DNA of 63,937 nt, filler included, from Hausera hauseri (Eukaryota), in NCBI GenBank assembly GCA_046269625.1. It is 13 parts of 13 records of this genome, joined end to end, with 100 filler letters (N's around TTAATTAATTAA, not from the genome) between each part and the next. Parts side by side here need not be neighbours in the genome. Positions count along the whole stretch, not along the records: positions 10,052 to 14,778 come from JBJURY010459356.1; positions 14,879 to 19,424 come from JBJURY010533120.1; positions 19,525 to 23,723 come from JBJURY010705326.1; positions 23,824 to 29,668 come from JBJURY010180639.1; 9 more parts are not named here. One strand, given 5' to 3'. The notes beneath the pieces are model-generated. The model did no database searches, was not told where the DNA came from, and saw nothing but the letters and a program-made list of their open reading frames with translations. The position numbers and the translations under genes are program-made. Shown piece by piece: positions 13,082-24,871 of the stretch (the stretch's first letter is position 1; every line of letters starts with the position of its first letter).

Positions 13082-13730
13082 TCAATACGATTTTGGGACT
13101 CCATGTTTCTTAATACACTCTTTCAGTCTGGACGTCATGGACAAAGCTAACGATTCGAAATATTGCGGCGAGAGTTTCCGGTACCACGTTCTCAGGATGG
13201 CTTCCTTTAACTCATTAATATTTTTATACTTAAACTTTCCAACGTGATATTTTAACAGGTACCATGGGTTTTCGATGAGATTCAGATCCGCTGACTGAGG
13301 GAGTAATGAAAACCATCCAACCTTCTTGAGCAATCCATTCCTTTACAACTTTACTGCGATGACATGGAGCTACATCATTTTGCAACATCCAGAAATTCTC
13401 ATTCCCGAATGCATCCCCTGCAGTCCGGCGGATCTGACCACTGAAATTCTTAAGATACCATTGAGAGTTGAATGATTCTTTGTTTTCTTGAAATCGGATT
13501 CTTCCCGGACCTGATGTTTGACGGTGGGTTTGGTGAAATTCAATGTTTGATTTGGTCGTCTCCAAATTCTTTGACGTTTGGCATTATTTTTAATGGAAAT
13601 CACTGTCTCATCGGTAAATACAACACGTTTCCAGAGTTCTGGCAGATGATTAACATAACGATTAGCAAAAGCAAGACGCAGCTTTCTGTGCCATGCTGTC
13701 AGAAACGACTTGGTCTCGCTGCATGAATCT
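13082..13730 (-). pseudogene. Tc1-like (DD34E) transposase remnant
   Basis: VVFTDET, LQNDVAPCHRSKVVKEW, PQSADLNLIENPW and SMTSRLKECIKKHG. Frameshifted. Confidence 0.9.
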
Positions 13731-13913
13731 ATTCTAACTTTAATTTGTAATTAAGAGTATATTAATTAATCTTTTAAATAATTATTTTTCATTAATTTAA
13801 TTTCTGATTATTATTTTTCCAGTCATTAATTTCTTTATAATAGTTTGTGGTTTTTTGTTTTGAACAATCATTTAAATGAACTTTACTTCTGTATTGATTT
13901 AACATTTAACACC

Positions 13914-14778
13914 ATGACTGAAAGAGCAGCATTTACACAATTGAATACCGAGTCTTGGCATCATGTTTGTGGCATGAAATTGGTGACAAATCAAAACAAG
14001 CTATGGCTGAAGTTCGAAAGAAACTCAATGAGCGATTTGATGCCTCATCACCTCGTAAATCTGTCATTAGAAATTGGAAGGAGAAGCTGTTCACTTCTGG
14101 TTCCTTAGCAGATATTCAGAATAGTGGCAGGCCATCACGTGAAGATGAAATCGGCTAGAGCCTTTCGATCATCCTTTCTCAAAAACCAACCTCATTAATC
14201 CGTGGATTGGCTGCTGATATTGGAGTATCGACACAGACCATTCATAAGTATCCTCACAAAGAGGGATTCAAGCCATTTCACCCTACATTTACTCAGTATC
14301 TCTCCAGTGATGATGAGGAGGACAAGCGTCTTGCTTGTGGGGAGCTACTGACCAAGTATCCATCACCATTTGCACGTCGAAATTTTTTCTTCTCTGATGA
14401 ATGTACGCGAATGCCCGAACACCAAATCTCGTTTGGTGGAGAAAAGAAAATCCTCACTTCAACAAACAAATGCTACAATATTCACCATCCATTATGATAC
14501 GGACAGCCATGTTAGCCTCTGACCTTATCGGACCATTTATGATAAATGGTCATATAGCATCGGAAGTGTATATTGACCTCTTGGAGAATAGATTCCTGCC
14601 TGAATTGAGGCAGAGGAATCTCGGTCATAAAGCCATCTTCCAACAAGACAGAGCGCCTGCACACACTTCCTCCCTCACTACTAGAGAATTTCTCAACAAC
14701 CACTTCCCACACAGATGGGTTGGGAAATTCGGGCCAACGAACTGGCCACCGTGCAACCCGGATTTAACCTCCTGCAAT
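13914..14778 (+). pseudogene. Tc1/mariner DD41D (rosa-type) transposase remnant with DUF4817-like HTH
   Basis: IRNWKEKLFTSGSLAD..SGRPS, FFSDECT and FQQDRAPAH...RWVGKFGPTNWPPCNPDLTSC. There are 42 residues between the second and third catalytic positions. Cut by the contig end. Confidence 0.85.
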
Positions 14779-14878
14779 NNNNNNNNNNNNNNNNNNNNNN
14801 NNNNNNNNNNNNNNNNNNNNNNTTAATTAATTAANNNNNNNNNNNNNNNNNNNNNNNNNNNNNNNNNNNNNNNNNNNN

Positions 14879-16087
14879 CGTCACAAGCCAAGCTTAGACT
14901 ATTGGATAAATAAACCGCTTTAACACGTTAGTGATTTTGTTTTGCTGTAATGCTTTTTGTTTGTGTGAAAATGTTTGATTCTGAACCAAATAATCGTCAT
15001 TTGCGGGAAGTGTTGTTTTTGTTATTTCATTGGAAGAAAAAGGCATCTGAAGCGCATCGACAGCTACAAAAAGGTTACGGTAATGATGCTCTAAGTGAAA
15101 CAACGTGCCGTGATTGGTTCCGTCGCTTTAAAGACGGTGATTTCGATTTTGACGACCGTCCGCGTGAAAGAAGGACAAAAACCTTTGAAGACGCTGAATT
15201 GGAGGAATTCCTCGATGAGGATCCATGCCAAACGTGGGAACAACTTGCTTTAGCATTAAAAGTTATCCATCAAGCCATTTCCAAGTGATTACATGAGTTG
15301 GGAATGATTCAAAAGCAAGGAACTTGGGTTCCTTATGATTTAAAGCCAAGGGACTTTGAGCGTCGTTTTTCACCTGTGAACAACTGCTTTAGAGGCAAAA
15401 AGGAAGGGTTTTCTTGATCGCATCGTGACGGGTGATAAAAAATGAATTCATTACAGAAACCCAAAGAAAATAAAGTTATGGGGACTTCCCGGTCATGCTT
15501 CTACGTCGTTTGGTCGGCCGAATATTCACGCTGCTAAGGTTATTCTGTGTATTTGGTGAAATCAGGTCGGTGTTATTTATTATGAGCTGTTGAAACCGAA
15601 CGAAACCATCACTGGGGAAAGGCATCGAAATCAATTAATGCGAATGAGCTGAGAACTGCGCGAAAAACGGCCACAATACAAGCAGAGGCACGAAAAAGTG
15701 ATTGTACTGCATGATAACGCTCGGCTTCATGTTGCCAAACCCGTTAGAACCTACGTGGAAACGCTCAAATGGGAAGTCCTACCCCACCTTCCATATTCCT
15801 GTGATATTGCGCCGTCCGATTATTACTTGTTCCATTTGATGACACATGGTCTGGCTGATCAGCAGTTCCGCTCATATAATGACATCAAAAAATGGCTTGA
15901 TTTGTTGATAGCCTCAAAAGACGAACAGTTTTACCGTAACGGTATTCGAGCTCTGCCAGAAAGGTGGGAAAAAGTTGTAGCTAGTGATGGGAAATACTTT
16001 GAATGATTCAATTGTAACCATTTTTTCACAATAGAGTTGCATTTTCATGAAAAAAAAAACAGCCAGAACTTAGTTGCGCACCTAATA
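14879..16087 (+). mobile_element. Mariner element, Mos1/mauritiana-like (DD34D), inactivated; transposase about 14971-16006
   Basis: HLREVL..FHWKKKASEAHRQL, WVPYDL, IVTGDKK, LHDNARLH, LPHLPYSCDIAPSDYYLF, RWEKVVASDGKYFE. The 3' TIR ...ttagttgcgcacctaata ends in TA. The 5' end is cut by the contig edge. Confidence 0.96.
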
Positions 16088-16140
16088 TTTAAATACAGAA
16101 TACGGATTTCGATTTTTTTGATATCGGATTTTCTATTTAA

Positions 16141-16581
16141 TTGATGGTCTCGTGTTTTGAAGACGTTGCTTTGTTAAGATACAACAAGGGTTTCAAACTT
16201 TTCGATTTAGTTATTGATTATCTTGATCTCAAAATTGATATTTTACCTCATAAATTTATTCTGTACATAACAATTCAAAGCGGCAAAACATTGGACGTGA
16301 AATTCGATTTAAATCGGATTAATTGGTATTGTCTTGTCACACATAGAATTTTAATTGAAAGTGAAACGTGGAAAATTGGTAATTTCAATGTGCATTCATT
16401 TTTGTTGGGATTTGATGACGATGATGACGTACTAACTTTTTTTAAACAAATTGACTATTGCAAAACTGGAAAGTCCAGTCAGTATGAGTCTTATGGTAAC
16501 ATAAATTATTCTCAAGCTAATAATCAAACGACAAATAATGTGCCCTTGACACCTCAAGAAAAGACGTTTTTTGTATTTTGA
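16141..16581 (+). CDS. Unknown intronless ORF (146 aa), possibly a PH-like fold fragment
   Basis: Open frame with alternating beta-like segments ending in a helix (LLGFDDDDDVLTFFKQIDYCK). It lies between the mariner and the Gypsy fragment. Confidence 0.35.
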   Translation: MMVSCFEDVALLRYNKGFKLFDLVIDYLDLKIDILPHKFILYITIQSGKTLDVKFDLNRINWYCLVTHRILIESETWKIGNFNVHSFLLGFDDDDDVLTFFKQIDYCKTGKSSQYESYGNINYSQANNQTTNNVPLTPQEKTFFVF

Positions 16582-16589
16582 ATCTTCAA

Positions 16590-19424
16590 ACAAGTTAATT
16601 GCATCATCCTCCTCGAAACAACACTCTGAACACTTACGTTTGTTATTCCAACGCTTGACCAAAACAACTTGCAAATCAATTTTTCTAAATGCTCTTTTTT
16701 AACATAAGGTCAACTTCCTAGGATATGTTATTACTCCTCTGGATATTCACCTCAGCCAGACCACATCACACAGCTCAAAACCATACAACTACTACGTACA
16801 TCAACAGAAATGCGCTGTTTCCTCAGAACCTTGCACTTTATTCATAAGTACGTTCCACATTGCTCCGCTCTAAGTGCCCCATTTGCATCAGTAAGCTCTG
16901 GCAAAAAGAAAAAGCCTATTCAATGGACCGCCAATCTAGTCAATGATTTCGATCACCTCAAAGACAATTTAAAAACTGTAGAAATCCTGGCCTATCCAGA
17001 CTCCCATGCAAAACTATTCTTAACCACGGATGCATCCACAAGAGCTGCAGGTGCTGTCCTTCATCAAGTTAAATATGGATTCCATGAGCCATTGGAATTC
17101 TTTTCTCAAAAATTCACAGCACAAAAGCAAAGATATTCCACCTTTAACTGAGAGTTGCTTGCAATGGTCCTTGCCGTAAAACACTTCAAACATTTGCTAA
17201 CTGCACAAACTTTTACAATATAAACGGACCACAAGCCCTTGCTTCAAATTCTCACTAGGAAATCGCCTTCTCCTCGTCAGGAGAGGCAAATTTCGTACTT
17301 GTCAACATTTAATTTTGTAATTAAACATCTAAACGGAGTCAACAATTTAGTATCTGACTTTTTATCACGGTCGGTCAGCTTGATTGATTTTACACCAATT
17401 TTTCCTCAATCCAAACTTCAGCAAAACCAGCCACCTCTTGACATCCTTATATCTTTGAAATCTTGCAAAACCATCGACGGTGTGGCCTTTGACACCTCCA
17501 AACTTAATAATCCCAAAATCATTCTTTCTGAGTCGCTTCAAAAGCAAGCGTTCCACGGAGTACATTCGCTACATTATCCCGGTGCCAAGGCCACTTTTCG
17601 CTTTTCGCAACGCCAGACAGTATGGCCATCGATGCGCTCTGACGTGCAGGCATGGATTATGCAGTGTGTTGCATGCCACAAATACAAAGTTACTAAGCAC
17701 CTAAAGTTATCACTATTTCATTTGCCCTGCATGTCTTGTTTCGAATCTGTTCACATTGATCTTGTAGGCCCATTACCTCTAGACAACGGTCGTCAGTTCA
17801 TTTTCACAATGATGGACCGTTCCTCGCGGTGGCCAGAAGCCGTCCCGCTTCGGAGCACCAACACAGAAACCATCGCAGACGTTTTCATCCGCACTTGGAT
17901 CAGCAGGTTTGGATCACCTCGCCACATCATTTCGGACCAAGATCCACAGTTCGAATCCAATCTGTTTAAAGCTCTTGTCAATCGATTGGAAATTAACTAC
18001 ATTTACACATCACCATATCATCCCAAATCGAATGGCCTCCTGGAACGCTTTCACCGAACAATGAAAACGTCTCTCAAAATTCTTGATGAGTCCAATCGCA
18101 GCTTGAATACACTCTTTCCGTACGTTCTGTTTGGCTGGAGGAGCACACCATCTACTTCTACAGACTATTCACCTACAGAAGCATTATTTGGCACTTTCAT
18201 CAGATCACTATTCGAGCTGACAGAGCTCCTCAATACTCCTACAGACGAAACCATACAGGCGGCACAGAGACACTTCGTTGAGATCAGCAAAGACTCATTT
18301 TGCAGATTGTTACACGCAAATAAACCCTACATTCCCAACGACTTATATTCTGCCAAGTTTGTATGGCTAAAGAATCAGGCGTCATGTGGTTTTCAACCTC
18401 AGTATGTCGGCCCTTACAAAGTAATTCAATTACACTCCCACAACATCATCATTCTCAAAGACGACAAAGAAGTAGCAATTCACATCAACAATGCTAAACC
18501 GGCCTTCTTCATTGACGATACGCCTCCCATCGAAACCACTTCTCCATCAACATCTTTATACGACGCGCAGCAATCCAACAATTCATCTTCCATCTCTGCT
18601 CTATGTCTTAATCCACTTTTCCTTACGTCTTCTCTCAAAACTTCCACTTCAATTTCTTCTCACAATTCAGCCTCTTTCGCCCCATCCGATTTTGCACCGT
18701 CAAGCCTTCCAAAATCTCCTCCATCTCCTGATAAGAACCTGCTCACTCCTCTTACAATACCTCTTCTATCAAAGACTACTTCGACCTCACAAATCTCTCC
18801 ATATACACCTTTCATCATTCCAACCTCTGGCACACCATCTTCCAACTACTTTCCTTTGCCTTCTTTATCTTCTCGCTGTCTTTCGCATTGTACCTCTTCG
18901 CCATTTTCTCTTTCTCTCTATCCCTCTCTTTCCGCACCTACCTCATCTTCAGCGCTTTCTTCCCCCCTTTCTCCTCACAGTGGTGTCAGAAGCCCACATC
19001 TGTACACAGTAGCTGTGCAACGGGCGAAAGTTCAATACTGTATAACTGTCACAGATCCAGCAGGATCAAACATTTTCCATCAACCAATTAGCCCAGGAGA
19101 GACTGGTTGCCTCATAATCGAGGGACAACAAGTGGAATTTTACATTCCATATTTACATCTCGGCAAAAACCAGGAATTATTTCATTTCTCCATCAACGAC
19201 GCAGTCGACACCTCAGATACTATCAATGCAGCCCCTGTCGAGCCGAATAAAATACAAAATACCAACGATTGCTCAAGCAATTCTCATACCTCTTACTCAC
19301 CAGAATATAATTGTCGGGATATTGAAGGATCAAAAGAGAATGATTATACTATGCAGGCCTTTATGTGCTCTTCGAGATTGCTTAAAACCAGTCAGCTGCC
19401 ACTGGATACAAATCTGCCGTTCTT
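16590..19424 (+). mobile_element. Ty3/Gypsy pol (RT C-terminus, RNase H, integrase) with a long C-terminal extension, decayed
   Basis: VNFLGY, LTTDASTRAAGAVL, zinc-binding H..CVAC, VHIDLVGPLP, ISDQDPQFES, PYHPKSNGLLERFHR and YVGPYKV (GPY/F). An S/P/T-rich tract and about 150 further residues follow in frame. Confidence 0.95.
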
Positions 19425-19524
19425 NNNNNNNNNNNNNNNNNNNNNNNNNNNNNNNNNNNNNNNNNNNNTTAATTAATTAANNNNNNNNNNNNNNNNNNNN
19501 NNNNNNNNNNNNNNNNNNNNNNNN

Positions 19525-22039
19525 CTTTCAAATACATCTGTTAGCAGCAGCACATCGGTTTGGAGATATATATCACTATATTCTCCTAATGTTCTGCATT
19601 GAAATGTCTGCAGGACGTTCTGAGCATGTTGGTAGTCCTCATCACTAATATCACTATCCGACAACTGGCTGTAAAAACCATCCTTGGATGGTAATGAGGA
19701 CTCATCCAGTGTTTCCCATGATGTTATATAATCGTAGGGAAACACTCCTTTCCTATTAACCAAGTCAAAGGTATCCGGAAAGAATCGCTTCGTTTCTTTG
19801 AGTTCTTCGACAGGCAGGTTCTTCACTAAACTATCCAGTGAAGATGACATGAATCGGAAACTATCGATGAAGCGAAATCGGATTTTACCAACATGCGTAG
19901 TGAAAGTGATATATTTATCTTCACTGTTGGGGATGACCTAAATGCTTCCTTCAATGTTGCCTAAATCTCGGACTATGAAGTGGCTGTCATAGCCGCTGAG
20001 ATTGTGGAATACTACAGGCAGAAATTTGCATGTTTTGCAGCGAAAATTGCAGTTGTTACATGCTGCGCCCCGATATGCACCTGTAAAGTGGCAGTGATAC
20101 TTGACTTCCCAATTTTCCTCGGCGAAGAACTTGTCGAACAAATAGCATGATGTTGCCTTGCGCTATTCTTCTTCTTGCATCCAATACATGCTCATGTCGT
20201 ACTTATGTTGTTGCAGAATTTTTTCAAGCTTTTGAGCCATGTCTTCAAGTCTCTTCATGAAATGTTCTGCTGAACCTGGACCCCTGAATAGATATGGTTC
20301 ACTGTCCAATCCCTTGTCATACATACAATACGGCGATAATTTATGATATTGGTATGCCGTTGTACTGCTATGTTAAGGACTGGGACTGCATGAATGAACT
20401 GGCCTGAGAATGGCCTCAAAGTCGCAATAGTTGACAATTGGGACCTTGATCTTCCTTAAATTCGATATAGTTTTCTTCGGGAAATTCTGACTTTACAGAA
20501 TAATTGTTCTTGCAGTACATCTTGTACTCTTGCAGCTTCTCTACACCTAACCTACCGCTGAAATGTAATAAACATCTTTTACATATTTTGATTCCGTGTT
20601 CATGATTTTTTATTTGGGATCTGACTAGACGCTCAAAGTTCTTTATCCAAACATAATGTTTCTTATCGCCCTAATCTAGTAGCAGCAGATTCCTATGATC
20701 TTCCAATTCATCATCACATATTTGAAAGGGGTAAAATTTGTCCTACTCATCCAATCCAAAGATATTGATGGACATGTTGTTGATGCGGCTGAACCTCTTG
20801 ATTTTATCTATAGATGGAGGGAATGTGATACACTGAAAGTCGTAGTTGTGTTGGAGATCACTATATAGTAAAACACGGTAAGCACACTTTTGATCCGTTA
20901 CGGGTTTTGATAGAATGGCGTACAGGAAGCACATGTTATCATTATTATTTTGAACATTTACACATGCTTTTTTATTAGTGATACATTCCGGAAGCTGTAT
21001 ATATGAACTGCCTTGCATGGGGGAGTATCTGTGTACATATATAAGCAGTCTCTTGATGGTTGCCAGAGTCCATCCACTCTATTATCCTGGCTGTCATCGG
21101 CTTCACGGATTAGTTTCGTATGCTCTTCGTGCAACCATTCAGCTGTATTTGTGTTTTCCAATATGGACCTATTTTTGGTCTTGAAGGTCCTATTTGATTC
21201 TTCAGCTTCGACATTGACGTATGTGGCCTCAAGTTTCATATTAACTTTAAGGGCCTTGAGCTCAGTCATATTTTTTTGGAGGATCCCCTCTGTTTTTTCC
21301 TTTGCATATTCCAGAAACTCTTTGATTGTTCTTTGCCCAGTTGCATCAATGACATATTTGCGGACTTTTTTCTTTAATGCAGCAGCATCAACTTGCCGCT
21401 GTTTTTGGCTTTTTGGCAGAGCCGCTACGTCTGTTGAGCCTGAGGCATCTGATGGACCTGATGGGCGTGTTAATCCTGAATCTCGATGTACTTCTTCATC
21501 TGGCTGTACTGCAAACTGTACAACTGGCCTATGCTCATTAAATATGTTCTTCTTTGACTTTGATGCAAAGTCAGTCAAATGATGCTTGTGATCTTCATAG
21601 AACTGTATATATTGTTCATCACATACATTCTGACATCCTGGGCAAATATAATAGAGGATCCTATTGAATTTGTGACCATAATAGCTCCTCATGGTATTAG
21701 ACAATTCTCAGGTTTATGTATTGTACATGTGCAATACACATATGAACTGCACCTTTGGTTTTCTTTTGGCACGAAAGACGTTGTTGGCATATTGGTATAG
21801 AATATTTGTTTTTTCGACTTCGCGAAGGAAATCAAGTGCCGTTTATGGACATTGTAGAATTCCTCGTACTCTGTCCTACACACCACCTCACATTTAGGGC
21901 ATATATAATATTGAATCCTGTTGAACATATGGCCAAAGTATTTCTTCATAATACTATGGCAATTTTCAGGCTCATGGATTGGAGTTCGCACTGTAATGTT
22001 CGCTTTCTCTGTAAAGTTCGCACATCTAAAACAAAGCAA
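19525..22039 (-). mobile_element. Polinton/Maverick-type protein-primed DNA polymerase B, N-terminal part, pseudogenised
   Basis: GSSYIQLPECITNKKACVNVQN...CFLYAIL, HCHFTGAYRGAACNNCN, VVFHNLSGYDSHFI, RFIDSFRFMSSSLDSLVKNL, RKGVFPYDY and YLQTDVLLLTDVFE. Confidence 0.93.
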
Positions 22040-22339
22040 TTATTTGATGAACACAAAATAAAAAAACTTAACATTCGCGGAAGTGAATTTTGGAAATAAT
22101 GAAAAATATAGCTATGTCTAACTTGCACTGTCTAATTTTGATAATTGATGCAGTAAAACAAAACACATGTAAGGAAATAATTTTAATGGTGGGGTAAGTT
22201 GGGCACTGCATACTGTTGCCAATATGTTGTATTATCAACATAATGTACTTTTGTTTCAATGCATCAAATGCATGAACTTGTCACGTACTTATCGCTTGTT
22301 ATGCGTTTGTTTTAATGAATAAAATTATTTAAATGTGTG

Positions 22340-23723
22340 GCGGTGCCATATTCGAATAGGTTTTCATATATATCGAATCGAATGCCGTAATATGGTTCTT
22401 CGAACAATGCACACTTGATCGAGTTTTCGAGTTCGAATCAATAATTATTCAATTTCGAATAATATATTCGAATATCTTACATCAGATTCAGATTCTTCAT
22501 ATATGATTTCCTATCCATGTGCGCCTAAAGATTTATTGATTTTAGTGTGCTTCACCTTCAAAATCACCACAATTTCTTAATCAACATATGAATGACTTAG
22601 CATTTATTAAGTACTTTTTAACATTTTGACAAACCTTGTTTCTATACACCGCAATGCACTGCACTGCACTAATATTCATTGCCATATAGGTTTTCGACCA
22701 TGGGGATTCGAATTCCGTCATTAGATTCTTCGAATAATGCATGCTTGATCGAGTTTTCGAGTTGGAATAATGTTTCCGATAATCTAACATCAGATTCGTA
22801 TTTGCCATATATGCTTTCCTATCGGGTCCCGCTATTACATTTATCCATTTCCGCTTCACTGCGCTTTAAATGCACATTTTGCTTATTTCGAAATATTGAT
22901 TTTATGCCCATATAGTACATTTCTATGGAATAATTTTTATGTACATAGAGGTTTTCATAAACGATGAATCGACTCCCGCCGTTAGATTTTTCGAATAGTT
23001 CGAACTTCGATATTCGGGATCGAAAATCTTCGAATTTCGAATTTTCGACTCGAGATTCGAGTTCGCCATGGTCCATTCCCTATCTGCCGCCGCTCAATGT
23101 TATATCGAATTTTGCTTCCTTAGCACAAAACATATCGGAAATATGGCTTATTTGCACTTTGGATCGATATTGATCGATAGCTAATCGATAAATTAAAATT
23201 CTAACTGCACATTCATATACTACACCATGTTTCCTTTCGATTTCACCCGGTCACATGTCTCAATCATCCATATTGGAAATATCGGAAATTCGGTATTATT
23301 AATTTTTGTACACTTGCGCACATCTTTTTGCACTGCACACCACATATCAAGGTGCAACTAAATGTGCTCTATCTACCTGTACTTGACTCCATTCTATTCC
23401 ATCATTCCCCCGCTGCACAACTGCATTTGTGTGAAAAGTAAAAATGTACCCTGGCAACCGTATCAAAGCACACACCGCACTCGAATATCGCACTGATCCA
23501 AAGTACATCGTCTACTACACACGCTAGTATATGCGCCATATCGATTTTATTGATTTGAAATTTATACCGGAAAGGCCTGTGGCGGTTCTGCACCAATTGG
23601 AATTATTCGAAAACCAATCAATCGATTTAAATTCTAACTGTACATGCACACAGTCCATCATGTGCACTACTCATTTCACCCGGTCCTGAGTGCTAATCAT
23701 CTATTTCAGATTTATCGGAAATC
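22340..23723. repeat. TCGA-rich region with two pairs of imperfect direct repeats upstream of pPolB
   Basis: 22345-22520 matches 22680-22825 (ttcttcgaa.aatgca..cttgatcgagttttcgagtt). 23180-23292 matches 23618-23723 (aaattctaactg.aca...atttcacccggtc...aatcatc..tatcggaaat). Confidence 0.75.
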
Positions 23724-24871
23724 NNNNNNNNNNNNNNNNNNNNNNNNNNNNNNNNNNNNNNNNNNNNTTAATTAATTAANNNNNNNNNNNNNNNNNNNNN
23801 NNNNNNNNNNNNNNNNNNNNNNNGGAAAAACATTCTACTGAAGCTGCTTGTTACGGCATGAAAAAGGAAAAACTAAAAAAAAATACCTTGTTCCTTGAAA
23901 AATGAATGTGATTACCTGCCTGATTCAATTTTACTATAAAAATATTCTATGATTGGACAGAAAAGCCCGTTTACTTCATTCTAAAACAGGACAATCTTTC
24001 TGCTAGAATAGCATTTATCCTTCTTTTTGATTTGAAAATTATAACTAAAAAATGTTATTTATGAAATGTTTATCTTGATAATTATGTATCTAAAAATAGA
24101 TTTTATTTAGGGAAACCTGTATTTATCCTAAACCTCAACCCCTTCACAAACGCCAAGCTTTCCCATCAGAACAGATGATCTGTACATTTCAGAACCACTG
24201 GCTCCAGCTAAAACCAGCACAGTCCAGCCAAGGAGGCACGGACACGTGGGATTTCAACACAGACTGGTCTCAGAACAGCACAGGGTGGACCTGGAGTTCA
24301 TTCAGCCCATACAAAGTAAACCAGTAGTTCATCCTGACACCTGACACGCATGCTGCTCTTTACTCAAATTAAGCATGTTGCCTGAACATTCGCAGTAAAT
24401 CAAATAAAAACCAGCATTGACTTTAACTGATGCACATACCTGGACTTTCTTTCTCCGCTTCAGAAACACAGGAACTGAAAAAAAAAGATGATCATCATTA
24501 TAATCCAAATTAAACATTTATAACTTCAAAACAACCTCTTGTGCCACTTTTTGTTACTTCCTGTATCCGTTTCTTAACACCTGTAAGCACATGATGAAGT
24601 TTTAAAACCGTTTACTTATTTATTCCTTTTTTACAATACTAAGAAAAAGCAGGTCAAGAACTGTACATTGACCCAAGAGAGAAAATTTTCCAATTTAATA
24701 AAGCTCAAAACAAAACACCAGTGTCTGAAGTTAAGCTTTTTCTTCAAAAAGTTTGTAAAGGACCTAATGTTGTCTTGTCCTAACGAATTCATTTTTTTGA
24801 AACAATCACGTTGTAGAGTGCCACTGTTTTGACTGTAAGTCTCCGAGCAATAATACTTGAGGCACTTACTT

